A stretch of DNA of 64,000 nt from Raillietiella orientalis (Eukaryota), in the NCBI GenBank assembly GCA_036172245.1, contig JAYWIR010000054.1:744001-808000 (forward strand), in the 5' to 3' direction. Made by a program: the position numbers and the translations under genes. Below, in pieces: positions 12,381 through 25,699 of this stretch (positions are counted from its first letter, which is position 1; the number at the start of each line of letters is the position of its first letter). The notes under the pieces were generated by a model that did not search any database, was not told where the DNA came from, and saw nothing but the letters and a program-made list of their open reading frames with translations.

Positions 12381-13019
12381 AATGGAATCCTTTTTCTTGT
12401 TTCCGAATGGCATCAACCTCCAAGGACAGTACATAGCACCTCCAAATCCTCATTGTGCTTGCTAGAGCAAACAGTGTAAATCCAAATGATCCAAACAGTA
12501 ATTTGTCTCCTCATAACAACCAAATGCAAAATTTACAATTTCCATTACATCACCTGAAGTGCAATTTCCATTACAATTCCAGAGCTCCAAGGTTGATTCG
12601 TTTCGTATGCCTGACGCATTTACAGGCACAGAATGAGCAAGATTTCTTTTTATTGATCACCGACTCAAATAACACTTTGAGTCACAATCCGATTCAGACC
12701 TCAGACCTCCATATGCATAGAACGCACAAATTATTTCCTAAGTCCTCGATCCTGAATGTAACGAGCGTACTTTGGCACATCAAAGAACTTTTCTCCTCAT
12801 GTATGAGCAAAAGCTCCCTACTGAGCTCATTCTTGACTTCGAATTTAAAAGCAAAACAAAACAAGAAAAGGAAAATCATCACTTAAACATTTGAAAGAGG
12901 AATAGCTTTTCATTGCTTTTGAGATTTCCATTTTTAGTTACTGAAAACCACCTGGTACCTGTTTGTTTAATTTGCAATAATTCTTAAGCAGCAGATTTTG
13001 CTTTTCATCTTCATGTGCC

Positions 13020-13180
13020 CCCATGATAATACGGTATGTTACACGCATGTGGACACTTTGAACACCTGTGCTCCAAGCATTCCAAAGATGTAATTCATCT
13101 CAGAAAAAATATGTAATTCATATGCGAAAACTGTCAGCAATGGACACAGCATCATTAAATGCCGATGCAGCCCATGGATT
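13020..13180 (+). mobile_element. Degenerate gag/ORF1-like CCHC zinc knuckles
   Basis: Frameshifted CY..CGHFEHLC and CENCQQ..GHSIIKC. Confidence 0.4.
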
Positions 13181-13799
13181 TCCGCCACTGGTCAGGAAAT
13201 TATTCCTTTGGGTCGTAAACGAAGCGTTCCAGTGAAACCAGTTCTGAGTCTTCACATAAACCAGGAAAAGACAAAATCACAGTTAAGTGCCCCTATAAAT
13301 CACATAAGGATTTTAGAGTACTAAAATTTTTCAAATAATTTTTGCATTACACATTGCCGGTGGTTATCTCAGGTGAACTTCGTTTTTTTGGCATTTCCTC
13401 TCTTACTTGTAGTTTTTTTTTCTCGATTAAATCTACCGTTATCATCGGGCAAAAACCGGGGGTTGAGCGCTTCTATGGGAACCGGGGTACCATAAGAAGA
13501 TAAAAGTTTCTCATGTCAGAATCGGGGAGAAGGCAAGATTCCGTGGACCCTGCGCTTCTCTGGCAGTGGCTTCCCATGTGTACAGCACATGATGGCAGAC
13601 GGATGTCCGCTCTCCGTCTCTTGAGGATGCCAGTAACGGTCTACAGGCATCGCAGTTTGAGACATCCAGCATCCTCCATCCCCGAAGTGCGAGGGAGAGA
13701 GAAGGATGGAAATGGGAAACCGAGAGCCACCCGCAGAAAGGGGCTGCGGAGTTGCCGTCTGTCGATGACGCGATCTAGAAGGTTCCCGTAGCTTTTCTA

Positions 13800-15300
13800 G
13801 GTCGTGGTACTGAGGAAATGGGCCGAACGAGAACAGCGGAGTTTTCTTCCATCTCTCTTCTTTTATCACCACTTCAGCCAAGTGGACATTGGGAAGCTCT
13901 TCCTGGAAAAGCGAAATCTGTCTTTCTCAAACGTTTCGGTAGGCAGCACACTCCAAGAGGGATAAGGAGCCGTTAGTTTTTCTAGGAAGGCCTGCAGAAT
14001 TTTTGAAGTTTGAAGAACCCAAGATGCCTAAGGCGACCTCCAGAAGAAATGGAAAAGATTCTTTCAAAGGTGCCACAAGATACTGTTGAAGAAACATGAG
14101 GGAGTAAAGAGAGAAGAAGTGGCGTTTAGCAGCTGGTCTTCTCCCAATGATGCCTGGGTATTCTTTTTTGCTCTTTGTTGAGAGGCCAAGGACCGCGAAG
14201 TCCGAGAAAGTAAGGGAAAACCACGGACGAGAAAGCAAGGACGAAAGCCCTCAGGTGCTCTTACTCAACACAGGAACAGGTCTTTTCATCGCAACTTCTG
14301 AAACTGAGTAGAAACGCAGAGCGCCACACAAAACGACGGCTCATCCGTGACCTCTGCGGACCGCAGTCATAGTCGAAATTTTGGAAGCGCAGAGTTGAGG
14401 CCTCCCGCAGCGGAGACAATGCTTGTGACACCGAACCGGCGCCCGGATGCTTTTCTTTCGAAGTCCGTCCCAACCACCTGGACCACCATCAAATCGGCTC
14501 CTTCGCGCAGACTCCAAGCATGGGGAGTAAGGGAAGAAGGCCTTCACTCCCGAGGGAAATGTAGTCCCCAGACGACCGCAAGTGCAAGTAAAGACTCCAG
14601 GAGAAGCGAGCGTTGAGAGCAAGACGCCGACCACGAGAGCTCTTCTCATGTTCTTTTCCGCGGTGCTTGCCACCTTCCCCTCCCATTAGACCCGTTTGTA
14701 GTTTTAGAAAATGGCTGCAAAGCATGAGGGCAGCTTACTAGACTGAGCAAACGGAGCAGGTGAGAAGGAGACCGATGTTGGTATCGAAATCCACAGTGCT
14801 TTCCGTCCTGAATTCAAAGACTCCATCAGTTCCATGAAGATGCGTTGCAAAGCTTCCTAGTACTCAGTGACTCAGTACTGTGATTCCTGGATGCCGGAAC
14901 CTGGAAACATTTAAGCGATTCTGCCTTTCTGCGAAGGGAATTTTCACCGATCTGACAGAATGCTGTGGGTTTCTTCCACCTTGGCCGTAAACGCAGACAC
15001 TCCGGAGTCTGACGGAGTCAGAGGTTCGCGAAAGTCACGTGCTCAGAGAGATACCCTCGGATCTGAGAAGTGTTCGTTATCGTTGAAGACATGGTTAACC
15101 TTAGTGAGCTCGTTCAACTTAGGCATGCGTATTGTGACACGAAAGGCTTGCTTGGATGAAGGCTTGATCTGACGTGTGCAGCTTTTTCTCTTCTGATCTA
15201 CCATGAGGAATGTGGTCAAGCCGCTGTCTCGTTTGCTCTAGAACTTGCCTACCTATGCAACTCCAAGAGAAAAGCTGAGAAAACCACGGAATAACACTTC
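13800..15300 (-). mobile_element. Decayed LINE ORF2 (APE region)
   Basis: Motifs VEETH (LQETH-like), VDFD (GDFN-like) and WDGLRKKSIR occur in the expected order on the minus strand. Confidence 0.4.
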
Positions 15301-15769
15301 CATCAGGAAGCAAAAGGAATGTTTCATAAACAAATATGGACTATGTAGAAGCGGTGCAAGAACATTCACCGACTCTTTCGCACGAAGTGCTCTTTTCCTT
15401 CCTTTAACTCGAAGCTTTTCACGGTTTCGGTTCTTGAGGACTAAAGAAACCGTTGCTTCGTAGCAGTTTCTATAGAATGAAGATGCTAAGGTTTGAATCT
15501 GGTGTACTTGAGTGGCTTACAAAATCGCATGTGCGATGAAGACAGTGCAACAGAGACAGGACGGACAATGTTCAGCATTGTACGTCCTGTCTCCTTCTGC
15601 ATACCTGGGATAATCTGCGGTTCTGCCACTTGATGCACTCTTCTCGGCTGGATCTGCTGGCCGTGAGAGCGGTGTGGAGCGAACGTGCGAGAGTGGCTCT
15701 ACAAGGGACAGGAGCTTGTCGCTCCTGTCGAGCTCGACGGCTTGACAAGACTGCCTCCCTTGTGAGTTC

Positions 15770-16095
15770 CCTCCAGGGAAGAAATTCCTGATCAGCAGAT
15801 CCTTTCCAGGTTCCCTTCAGAGAAGAAAGAATGCAGCGGACCCCCCAGGGATCCTCCTTAGAGAATAAGGAGGAGATTGTCTTGGGGATTCCCCTACGGA
15901 GACAACCAGGGTGGTGGGGATCTCCATTTCCGGAGACTCTCACTAGGCGCGACAGGAAGGGATTCCAAGTCCTTCCTGGATTCATAGGGCGGACCCCTCC
16001 CGGGATACCCCCTATCTTGAAGAATCACCCACCTTCGGGTGGCGTGGAATTATGTCGAAGAACTGCGAAGACAGAAAAGAAAGGATTTTCATCAT
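15770..16095 (+). repeat. 3' part of the same dispersed repeat family, copy E
   Basis: Homologous to 5230-5500 (ggagacaaccagggt; ttcatagg...cctcccggg; aagaatcac..accttcgggtg.cgtggaa). Confidence 0.55.
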
Positions 16096-16474
16096 CACTT
16101 TGATCTTAACCAAAAGGACGAGAAGTCGGCGCTGTCATCGGAAACCTCTCGGTTCACACTTCCAAAGGAAAATATTCTTCGGAATGGCATTCGAGGCTTG
16201 GCAAAGAGCTTGGCACACTCTTATCTCTGCAGACGTTTCCACAGAGTAAGCCACTTTGAAACCACCCATCTCAAGTACAGTTCCACGATGGTGACGTTGA
16301 CGTCAAGGCGAGCAATCGGCATAGCTGTCTGCAATGCAATCCAAAAATGGAAAGTGAACGGCTTGAAAACCGTCCCTCTCCAAGCACTGAAGTCTCTCCT
16401 TGTTCCCCTTTCCTCACCCTATGCGTGGGCACCCTCCCTTTGGTCTCAAGGCCGGGTTTGAGGAGGGCCGGCGT

Positions 16475-16670
16475 GAAGCCGCCCACCGTGTATTTTTAGG
16501 TTGCATTGTTGGATGACATGCTGATCGTGCACGCTGACGTCACGCCCCGTAGCCGGACTCGAGGCGGCCCGATCGGAAGCCGCTCACCGTGTATTTTTAG
16601 GCTGCATTGTTGGCCGCCGTGCCGATCGCGCACGCTGACGTCACGCTGCGAAGCCGCATTTGAGGAGGAC
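16475..16670 (+). repeat. Tandem ~101-bp CpG-rich monomers with CRE (TGACGTCA); candidate LINE 5' promoter
   Basis: gaagccgc.caccgtgtatttttagg.tgcattgttgg starts at 16475 and 16576. TGACGTCA at 16535 and 16636. Homolog at 36228-36340. Confidence 0.75.
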
Positions 16671-17280
16671 TGGTTCAAAGTATGCATGTAATTCAGATGC
16701 ACCTTTCTGCCCACGCTCTCTCCTTTTTCTTCGCCTGCAATAGGGAATACTGCTCCTTCCTGACGAGAACCCTGGTTCCGTGAATCTTTGGCGAAATTTC
16801 ACAGCAAAGCAAGAACTCCTGCAACTTTTCGTGGGAATCAGAATACCCAAACTCTGAGGTTCAAGGTTGAAGACTTCAATCAAGGTGCCCCAGAAACGGA
16901 ACCTGCTAAGGACTCGCTTCCGAAGGCCGGGAGTCAAATGTGAATGGAGGAGGTCAGGAGCAAGTGTTTTCCCGTTTCCGCATCGTGCAGAAGTCCCTCT
17001 CAGAGACCAGGAATCCTCCTCCTCCAAACGTAAGCAGCACTCCGTTAAGAGTTCTATAAGGACAGAAGGACAAATAGAGCAATGCCTCATCCAGGATGGA
17101 GAGATTCTGAGCAGGAGAGCAATCCAAGGAAGCCAACGCGAAGTTCCTTGATCCTCTGCAGCCATTTTCTAAAGTTGTGAACGGGAGTAATGAGCACCGG
17201 GCTATCCAGACGCTCAAATTGTTCTCGATTTCTTGCAGTCGTGAAAAGCAAAGTTCCGAGTTTTCCGAAACACATTTTTA
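16670..17280 (+). mobile_element. Decayed LINE ORF1-like segment
   Basis: Follows the monomer repeat. STGLSRR...VVKSKVPSF resembles Tx1-type ORF1. Confidence 0.35.
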
Positions 17281-20200
17281 CGTGGCAGCAAGTAACGCTT
17301 AGGATAACAGGAGTTATTGTGTGTGTTACTGTAATGGTTTCAAAATATGATGGTTTCAGTCAGTATAATTTCGTTTGTATCTCAATGAAGAAAGTTCGAA
17401 GAAACTGCCTTGGATTCTGCAGTTTTTCGAATAATACAATATATTTTCCTGAATCTCATGAACTCTGTCAGATTCGTGCTAAGTGCTACTTCCAAATTAC
17501 TGCCTCAATGGAGAAAAAACTGCTATTCTCTTTACAAAGGTTCCTTTTTTTGTTTTGTTTTGTTTTCCACTCCATTCTTCATTTTCGAAAGCAAATGCTT
17601 TACAGAAGCATCTTTATAAATTTTACATCTTTATTTATATTTAAGGCATCTTTCACTGCCTTTATGCGACCCGGCTTTGGTGATCAAGTGAGTAGATTAA
17701 GATTTCGTTTCTCGGAGTGCCTGTTTCTGTTGCAAATGCTGCGTTGGCTGCAAAATTGCTTTTGTTATCTGGCTGAAAATTAGATTGCACACAGGAAACA
17801 ACTTTCGAAAATCGTTTCGAGACAAAGAGAATCATTTGATACGAACTGTATTCAACAATGTGCACTTCTGAATATTTTTTATTATAACATTTCACTATTA
17901 TATTTAATTACAGCAGTGAGATCGTCTCAGTCTCATTCATCAATCATTTGCTACCAAATTATCTTACTCCATGCACTGTCTTTTTGCTCATGTGACCGAT
18001 CAACAGACTCATGGTCCTCTTTTGTGATAGCAACAAAATATCTGTGGGTTGACAAAAACACAATAATAAAATGCTTCATTATATTTATTGAGAAGCGGCC
18101 TTATTTTCTTGGATTCATTGCTTCCCGTTTGGCGAAATGAACTCCCGTTTTTTCCTATTGCCCATCTCCATAAAAGAACTATAGTGGAATGCTCCTGTCC
18201 CTTAGGAAACGATGTCTGTTGCCATGAACGAACGAGTATTGCTGGAAAAGACATTTACAACATTAGAATACAAGCAAAGCTCAAGACAAATAGCTTCAAG
18301 ACATGCTCGCGAACTGGTTGCCTCCGCGTCTTTCTAACAAGCATGATGATCCTCGTTCCTCGAATCAGTGTCATCGAGGCTGAGCGGAAGTACAGAATGC
18401 TGCGATGCGAATCGCAAAGAATAGAAGCCGGAATAAACAGCTTCAAATTTGTGTCAGCATCACTGTCCGTCCGCGAGCTTAAAGAGGTGCTTTCGTACAC
18501 TACGAATGAGCACTGCGGCAACAGGCGAGACTACACAATAAACGCTTGGCAGATAATTAGCATGATGAGCCATGAATACCCAGAAAGGGAGCCCATTGCC
18601 TGCACCGGACGTTGCACCGTTGTGCCCCACCGGAGCGTTGAGAGCGACACCTGGCCGCTATCAAAGCATTCTCGGCCCCATGAATCACTACTCATGGTTT
18701 TAGAAAAAGCGTTCGCATGCTCTTTACTCGGCCTTTTCCAAACTCAGGCTGAAATGAGAAGCCAGCAAATGGCCCATTTTGTAATTCCATGCGCAGAGAG
18801 GTCAATGAGCGAAGTGAATGAACGCATTCTAGAGATTGCCTGCCTTCTCCCTTGCTCCCTGGTTGGTCAGCGCAAGGAAGTCGTCGCCCTCTCTCCGGTG
18901 TTCCTCACCAGTCTTTCTTGTTTCATTTCTACACAAAAAAAAACAAAAAGAAGAAGAAAAGAAGGAATCCCGATGCTTGTCTTCTCTGCTCCTCATCTTT
19001 TCTTTCAGCTCTGGTCACACCAGAGGTGCAAAAACTAGAGCAAAGAAGGGCTGAGATGGTTCGTGAAACCGACAACTACTTGACCAGTCGCGTAGAGCCC
19101 GATCGCGCACGCGAGCCGCGGAACTACCTAATGAGATGAGAGGGACAGGGAAGCGTTTGACGCCTACGAAGAGAGAGACAGCGACAGCATCCTGAAGCTG
19201 TAGTCAATGCCTTTGGTACAGAACTGCAGCAGACGCATGAAAAGAAAGCGTGGCCGAATCTTCAGAGTAGAAAATGATGCAAGGAACGTTGGACGAGCAA
19301 CAGCACAGGACAAAACAAAAAGAACAGAAAAAAGGCAGAACAGAGCAAGAAGTGTTCAAATCCTTCTTTCCTTTAGATGGGCTCTGATGAACCTCCTGGT
19401 GTCTCAGGGCCAGCCATGCCCGAAACGTGAAGCGCTCTCTAACGTCAAACGCCCTCTGGAGGAAATGCAGCAATAACCACTCACACATGCACTCACGAAA
19501 TCCCAAATGCGTCTGAAGTGCAGCTGACCAATTTCGCCGCAAAGCGTACTCCTGTGAGGGAGGGAGAAGGAAGGTTATGCGCGATCAAATAGCCGCCTTG
19601 TGCCGAATGGACCGCTTAGACGAGGGGGCAAATGCGCTTGCTGGCAGGTGGAGCGTGTGCACCAAACCCGTGTTCTCTCCCTTGCTCACTGACGTGTTGC
19701 GTTGGTGGAACTGGCGGTGCTTGCAGGTGGCAGTTCACTGAGTGGGAATATAGACAAGAGCACTCGGCTGTTTACTAAGGAACCAAGCGCAGACTTGCGT
19801 AGTCGAAACATTTGCCAGAAGAGACAAACCTTTGACCCCGCGATAACAACCAAGTCTAGCCCAGTGGACTTGCCGCGGGTTGAAAACGCGGGGCGAACCC
19901 GCTCAGCAATGCTCTCACCTCACCTGCGGAACGCTCCCGAACATCGGACATGCACCAACTTCTCTTCGGCAGCGAGAAAACTGAACATGATCATGAAATG
20001 GTTTTTGAAAACAGTCTCCATCATGGAAATCTTGGGGGTCTGCGGCTAATGACCCTGATGAGATTTCAGCGATAAAGAACGGACTTCAGTAGCCTCTGCT
20101 GAAAGGCGAAATGCAAATGGGTTTCAAAAACGCTGCTTTCTGCTGAGGGAACGGAGACTCCCTTTTATCAATGGGGAAAAAAAAAATAACTTCCCAAGCA

Positions 20201-20729
20201 AAGTTTGCAATCTCTAGGAAACGACCTGCTTATTTCCATTCACTCTGACTGAAGACAGGCAACTCAGCCAAATCATCTCATGGAGAAGGAAGATTTAAAC
20301 ATGTAATTTCAAAAAGCATCAACTGCTTCAGTCTTGCCGCTCACTGATCCTTTCTTCTTAACAAATATAGATTCCACTGTCACATCTGGTCTATTCAGTA
20401 AAGAAGACCTGAACTACATGATTCACTTCAAGGAAATGATTGGATCGTAAAAGAAATAATGAGCGTTGGCCAAAATGGAGTAACATTAAAGACGCAAGAT
20501 ACAGACATAAAGAAAAGAACAAAAACAAAAAGGATCAACAGCACAATTCACTTAGCACAGAAGAATGGAGCTCCCACTTGTTTTCGAGACTTCAGCAAAA
20601 GTTGTTTGATAATAAATCTCACCTTATCTGACCTTTTCTAATTCGTGCGTCTTCCGCGAAATGGATAGTCAATGTTCAATTTTTTCGTTTGATGTGTCAA
20701 GTCATACGGACCCATTGGAACGAAGTGGC

Positions 20730-22428
20730 GCGAAGTGGCGGTGCGCCAACTCTGTTTTAAGGAGAGGCAGAAAAACCACGCGTAAAATTCGATACCAAGC
20801 GCCAAAGACTCCAAGCTCTCGCAAACTCAACAGCTAAGCGACTCCCACCATTCATTCCTTGGGGATACGTTTCTCCCCGCGCCACTCGCGCGAATGGGCC
20901 TCCGCAGCAGCGTGCCCACTCGAGAAACAGCACGCCGTCTCACAGCGGGCAGCGCGAACGCCTTGGATGCGACAGACCTACGTGCGAGGAAAGCAAAGTG
21001 GGACGGACAAGCAAGCAAAGAAGGACGCGCAGGCCCTCATTGCATTTCCGCCCTCGAGCACATTCCTCCTCCGGCGAATCACTCTCCGCAGACGGAACTC
21101 ATCACCTCTTTCACGAAACATCCGGGACAAAAGGAAGGCATGAGTCCGGCAACCACGAACTTAGTACCTGATCCAGTCAACCTTTTTTCAACATTCACTG
21201 CCCAGGGCGCGATTCCCGACGAGCACGCGGATTGGGCCCACTATCCGTGAGAACCTCTCGCAGAAAGCCCCTCCAACGAAACGCCCTCATGATAAGCATG
21301 CCAAGTTCTTCACGATCGAAAAGAAACCACCTCAAGCCACATAGAGTCGTTCCCGACTCGTCCTCTGGAAGAAAAATCTGCAGCAGGAAAGAAAGCAGGA
21401 AGAGACAGCAGACAAATGCTCCGATCAGAAACAGCAAAGTGCCAACTTGACCTCTCTGGTTCCATCACCGGTCGCTGTCGGGTACCGACATCAAGCGCCA
21501 CGGGACAGCACGAAAAAGAGGTCTCTACCTTCGCACGAGATGCGGTTTTGGCCTTCCGGTCATTCGACCATTCTCCAGTTTCGAGCGTTTCTCAGGATCG
21601 GAGTGACCTTATTTTCGTGCGAGGCAACCACCTTCGCAGCCTCCACCCAGACAGGAGGGATGCACTTCCGGACGAGCTACGACGCGAATGGTTTTTCCTC
21701 TCTATTTGGCGCCCGCGCGAGACAGCGTACTTGACCTCGTTTCCTCCCTATGCACCCTTTTGTTCCCGTGACCACCCCAGTCTGGGCGACCTTCAGCGAA
21801 GCGCTTCGCCGAGCAGAGCTCGGACGAACGAGCCCTTGCTCGAGCGCCGTTTCTCGGCAGCATCTCCAGGGAAGTGCCGGGAATCGCGGAAGCGCGGCTG
21901 GACGCGCTGCAAACGCTGGCAATTTGGGGCAATTTGTGGGTACGAACCCTGACTGCCCGTTTGGGGAGCGCACCGTGTCATTGAAATCAGCCGACCGAAG
22001 TGCGAGCGTGCACGTGCACGCGAGTACCGATGATTTTCAGAGATTCGAGCACATTCTCCGAGATGGCATGCGGGAAACGCTTCCGTTGCTCTTGCGTGCA
22101 ACCCGTGAGAGGGTGACCCGACGGAAGTCGGCCGTCGCAACGCATCGTTGTCGTGACGTGTTCTTCCTGCGGGTGTTCGCATGCGAATCCTTCCGACAGG
22201 ACGCACCAAACAAATGAGGCGCGCGGTCGCTTCCTGGCGGGGCGTCGACGGCGACGTACTCGACGGATGTTCGTCTATCGTGACGTTGTCTGGGGCGAAG
22301 CGCCTCGGATGACGGGAGCAAAGGAGGAGAACGCCCTTTCGAAGAGAACACATCTGAGTATGCATTTGCTGATTTGCAACGTGTCTGCCCGTGGAGGGAC
22401 GCGTTTAAGCGCGTCCACCGTTTCGTTT
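20730..22428 (+). repeat. 1.7-kb repeat, copy 1 (inverted relative to 53799-55498)
   Basis: Near-identical reverse complement of 53799-55498 (about 18 differences counted by eye). The ORF track shows mirrored ORFs such as MLRSETAKCQ and MRSPNGQSGF. Confidence 0.97.
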
Positions 22429-22599
22429 CGTTTAAAATTTTTGGATGTGGTATCACTGCCTGTGTTGAACGCGCGTGCCGTATGGGATGTTACGTGTACG
22501 TTTAGGAATCCGTGCTGTACTGAAAGTCCCGTACGTCAGGTTAGGAAGTTGGAACCCTTTAAGAGTAAACCAAATCCCAAACCTGTTCTATGAAGGCGC

Positions 22600-24450
22600 A
22601 ATCCACCTACTCGGCTAGAGGAAGCGGATCCATACATTCGCGTCCACAGACCGTCCACGAGAGAAGTTACTGTCGGGCTCCAACATCAAGCTCCATGGGG
22701 GGCACGAAAAATAGATTTCTACTCTCTCACATGATGCGGTTTTGGTCTTCCACTCATTTGACCATTTTCCCGTTTCGAGTCGTTGCGGGAATCAGAGTGA
22801 CCCTTGTTTTGAGCAAGGCAACCTCTATCCAGGGAAGAGGGATGCGTTTCTGGAGGAGCTGAGCCGTTAGTGGTTTCCGCTTTATTTGGCTTCCGCACAA
22901 TTTCAGTCAGGCTGGATTGGATGTTGAAGAGTCGAGGGGAAGAAAGGTTTTCAAAAACCAACAAAGGCTCCAGCCTTTTGGCACAAAATGATTGATGCTG
23001 CATGCATAATCATGCGTCATATTCGTAAGTTACGGAGACTGAATCATTGCACTGAACGCATGCTGCTCGTTATCACTGAACACAAAGCAAAGTGGCAGGG
23101 TTCGAGAAAGCACATGAAAGAATTTGTTCCTTCCAATGTCTTACAAGCATGAGCCTGTTTACGATCAACGGTTAGGGAATCTTCATCATCTGGCTGATTC
23201 TTCTACTCAAGGCTAAAATCACACCACGGTTTCTTAATGTCGTCTTGTGTCTTAATCTGTGTGCCTCCAGTGGATTTTTCTAGATTGATTGATTGATCAA
23301 AGTATCACAGTGATTAAAGTATGCTAGGGCAGTTCCCTCGTCATGAGCGGACCGCGAATGAAGTTTCAGCAGCTTCATCTTCATTTGCTTCATCAAAATG
23401 GACTCGTCTGCGTGCACTGCGTTGTCCTCATTGCAGCTCTTTTTTTCCTTTAAAAAAGGAAAAAACACAATTGCTGAGAAAAAGCACTTCGAAGGATTCG
23501 TAACAGGAATGAAAAATCCCTAATCTGGTGGTAGATGCGAGATGTAACGCTCTTTTTCGAAAGATGCCTATCGTGGATTCTCGATTTTCAAAATCGTAAC
23601 AGACCCTTCGAACCCTCTTCATTTCTGGAAGACCATTCTTTTTCCAAGTTTGTCATTTGCTACTGCTCTTCTGAGACGTTTCACAGAGGCCAAATAGAAA
23701 TGAACACCCAGAAAAGATGTATGGTCATTTCCTTGCACACAACCTGTGCTCCTAAATCTTGCATTCAGGATGCTTGCACAGAAGTCTTCTGCAGAGCGTT
23801 GCTTTGACAGATAAAAGATGTGAAGGAGATGTGTCAGAGTATTCACACAAAGATTCGTGATAGAGTAATTGTGAATTTCATCCCAATGGGCAGCGTAGAA
23901 AAAGAAAGCAAGAGAGTGCTGACGCATGTGAGGATAGCATGAGATTCATTGCTGTCGTAAATTGTACTACGGCATCGTTAGTGTCAATGTCACGCAGCCG
24001 TAAGCTGCGACACAGAAAGGCGGAGTGATGCTTCGATCACGATTGAGATGGATGCTTCGATCACGATGATAAGTTCGCAATGCCCACTTTCACGAGGGAT
24101 GAAAACGAAGAGGATGAAAAACGGTGTACGCCTATTTTGAGAAGTACCTACTTCTCTTGCAGAGCACCTACTTGCTTGACAGTCGGAGTTGCGTCTCAGA
24201 GACGTGGCTGCATTCACGTTTTCAAGAAAAGCAATCTTCACTAGTCAAGGGAAGAGCGCGAAAGTGGCAGAAAGGAACTTCGGAACCGTGAGGTTTCAGA
24301 TGGACCACACCCAACAGAAAGCGTTTCTTGAACTTGTGGGCAAATGACATCTTAAATGGAGGACTCTACGAGTTGCGATTTCGAAGGAGAAGTGTCAACT
24401 TTCTTGAAGTGTCCCGTGTTCCTGAGTTGCACAGGAAATCCTTAACTTCT
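22600..24450 (-). mobile_element. Decayed LINE RT fragment
   Basis: Ordered minus-strand motifs YSITNLCVN (RPITLL-like), TGCVQG and PEMKRVRRV (DxxKAFDRV-like). Segment 22690-22860 is a diverged paralog of sequence inside the 1.7-kb repeat (~21490-21680). Confidence 0.5.
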
Positions 24451-25699
24451 TGCTTAGTAGAGACGTTTCGAGAGAAGCACCAATTTTACCTTCCAGAATG
24501 AAAAAAAAAAGAGAAGGAGGAATTCAATTTCGAACCCAGCACTGCGCCTCCTAGTTTAGCTCGAATCGCTCTTCTGGAGCTTTTGGAGTTTAGCAAGAAA
24601 GCGTCACCACAAACTATCTCTGGGAGCTGTGCTGTCAATCACGCCTTAGATCTGGGATTTGCCGCACCTGCCACACATTCTCTCGAAAAAAACTGATGCT
24701 GCAGATTTCCCAAGATCATTCCCCTTTCACGGTGCTTCTACTTGGATCGCCTTTGTCGGCTGACGTGATGTCCACTCTTGCAGTGCTCCATATCATGAGC
24801 ATAGCGAGCATCCCTCCTCAATACTGCAAAAAGTGGTTGGTTCCAAAGCTCTCTTCTTGCAGCACCGTTCTCTCTTTCTTTTCTCTCTTTCTCTCGTTCT
24901 CTTTCTTCTGAAGGAATACGATGCTCAGCGCGAATTGGATGCGCTGCTGCTTTTCCTCTGCACAAGCTAAACCACGTAAACTACATGTTCACGTAGACAG
25001 AATATACATATACGTATTTCTATACATGTCTCTAAAGTGTGAGTGAAAGGATACAATACATTTCTTCGGCATACGTGTACTTACAACTGCGTAGAAACAC
25101 GCACATAGACTTTCTGAAAAATGTTAAGACTTCGGAGCAACCAACTTTCGCGAAATGGAAAGGAGTCCTTGTCAACTTGTCAAATCCCAGGAGCAGGCGC
25201 AAAAGCAAGGAAAACAAGGATTTATTTAAACCCATCTCGGATGCAACTACAGGCGAGCACGCGAGACCCGCCATGGGGTCTTTCGGAACGGAGAAAAATT
25301 TTCCCTGCTGGGAGCCAGCACGCTCCAGATGTGGGCCGCTTTCAGACCGCCGGCCCGTATCTCCTAAAGGGCAGTCAGGGGAACACTTGAGCTTTTCCCA
25401 GTCCGACCAACCTGTCAGTTCTTTCTATTCCGGTAGAAGAAAGCTTCAGCTACCTTCTGAATCAAGATTTACAACCACTAGCTTTAAGTTCTTAGTCTTT
25501 CCTAACGCTCCTTGGATTTCCAGCTATCAGGAAGCGGCCGAAGGCGAGCGACCTGCTTTCTTGCCCTGTGAAAATCATCGCATTGCAGGATTGCAGCCGT
25601 CGGATTCGTGATGTGTAGCATCACGACTGGTGGCAGACTGAGGAGAGGGTTCCTAGCCTGAATCCTGCCCTTTCCTCCAGGCAGGTAAAACGTGAGTGC

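Noticed and set aside
18088..19038. Longest ORF in the track (316 aa, + strand)
   Set aside because: It has a non-ATG start, no recognisable domain, and runs through A-tracts and low-complexity sequence. It is likely a chance ORF.
24027..24067. 17-bp direct repeat with 24-bp period (CRISPR-like?)
   Set aside because: There are only two units in a eukaryotic context, so this is a simple local duplication.
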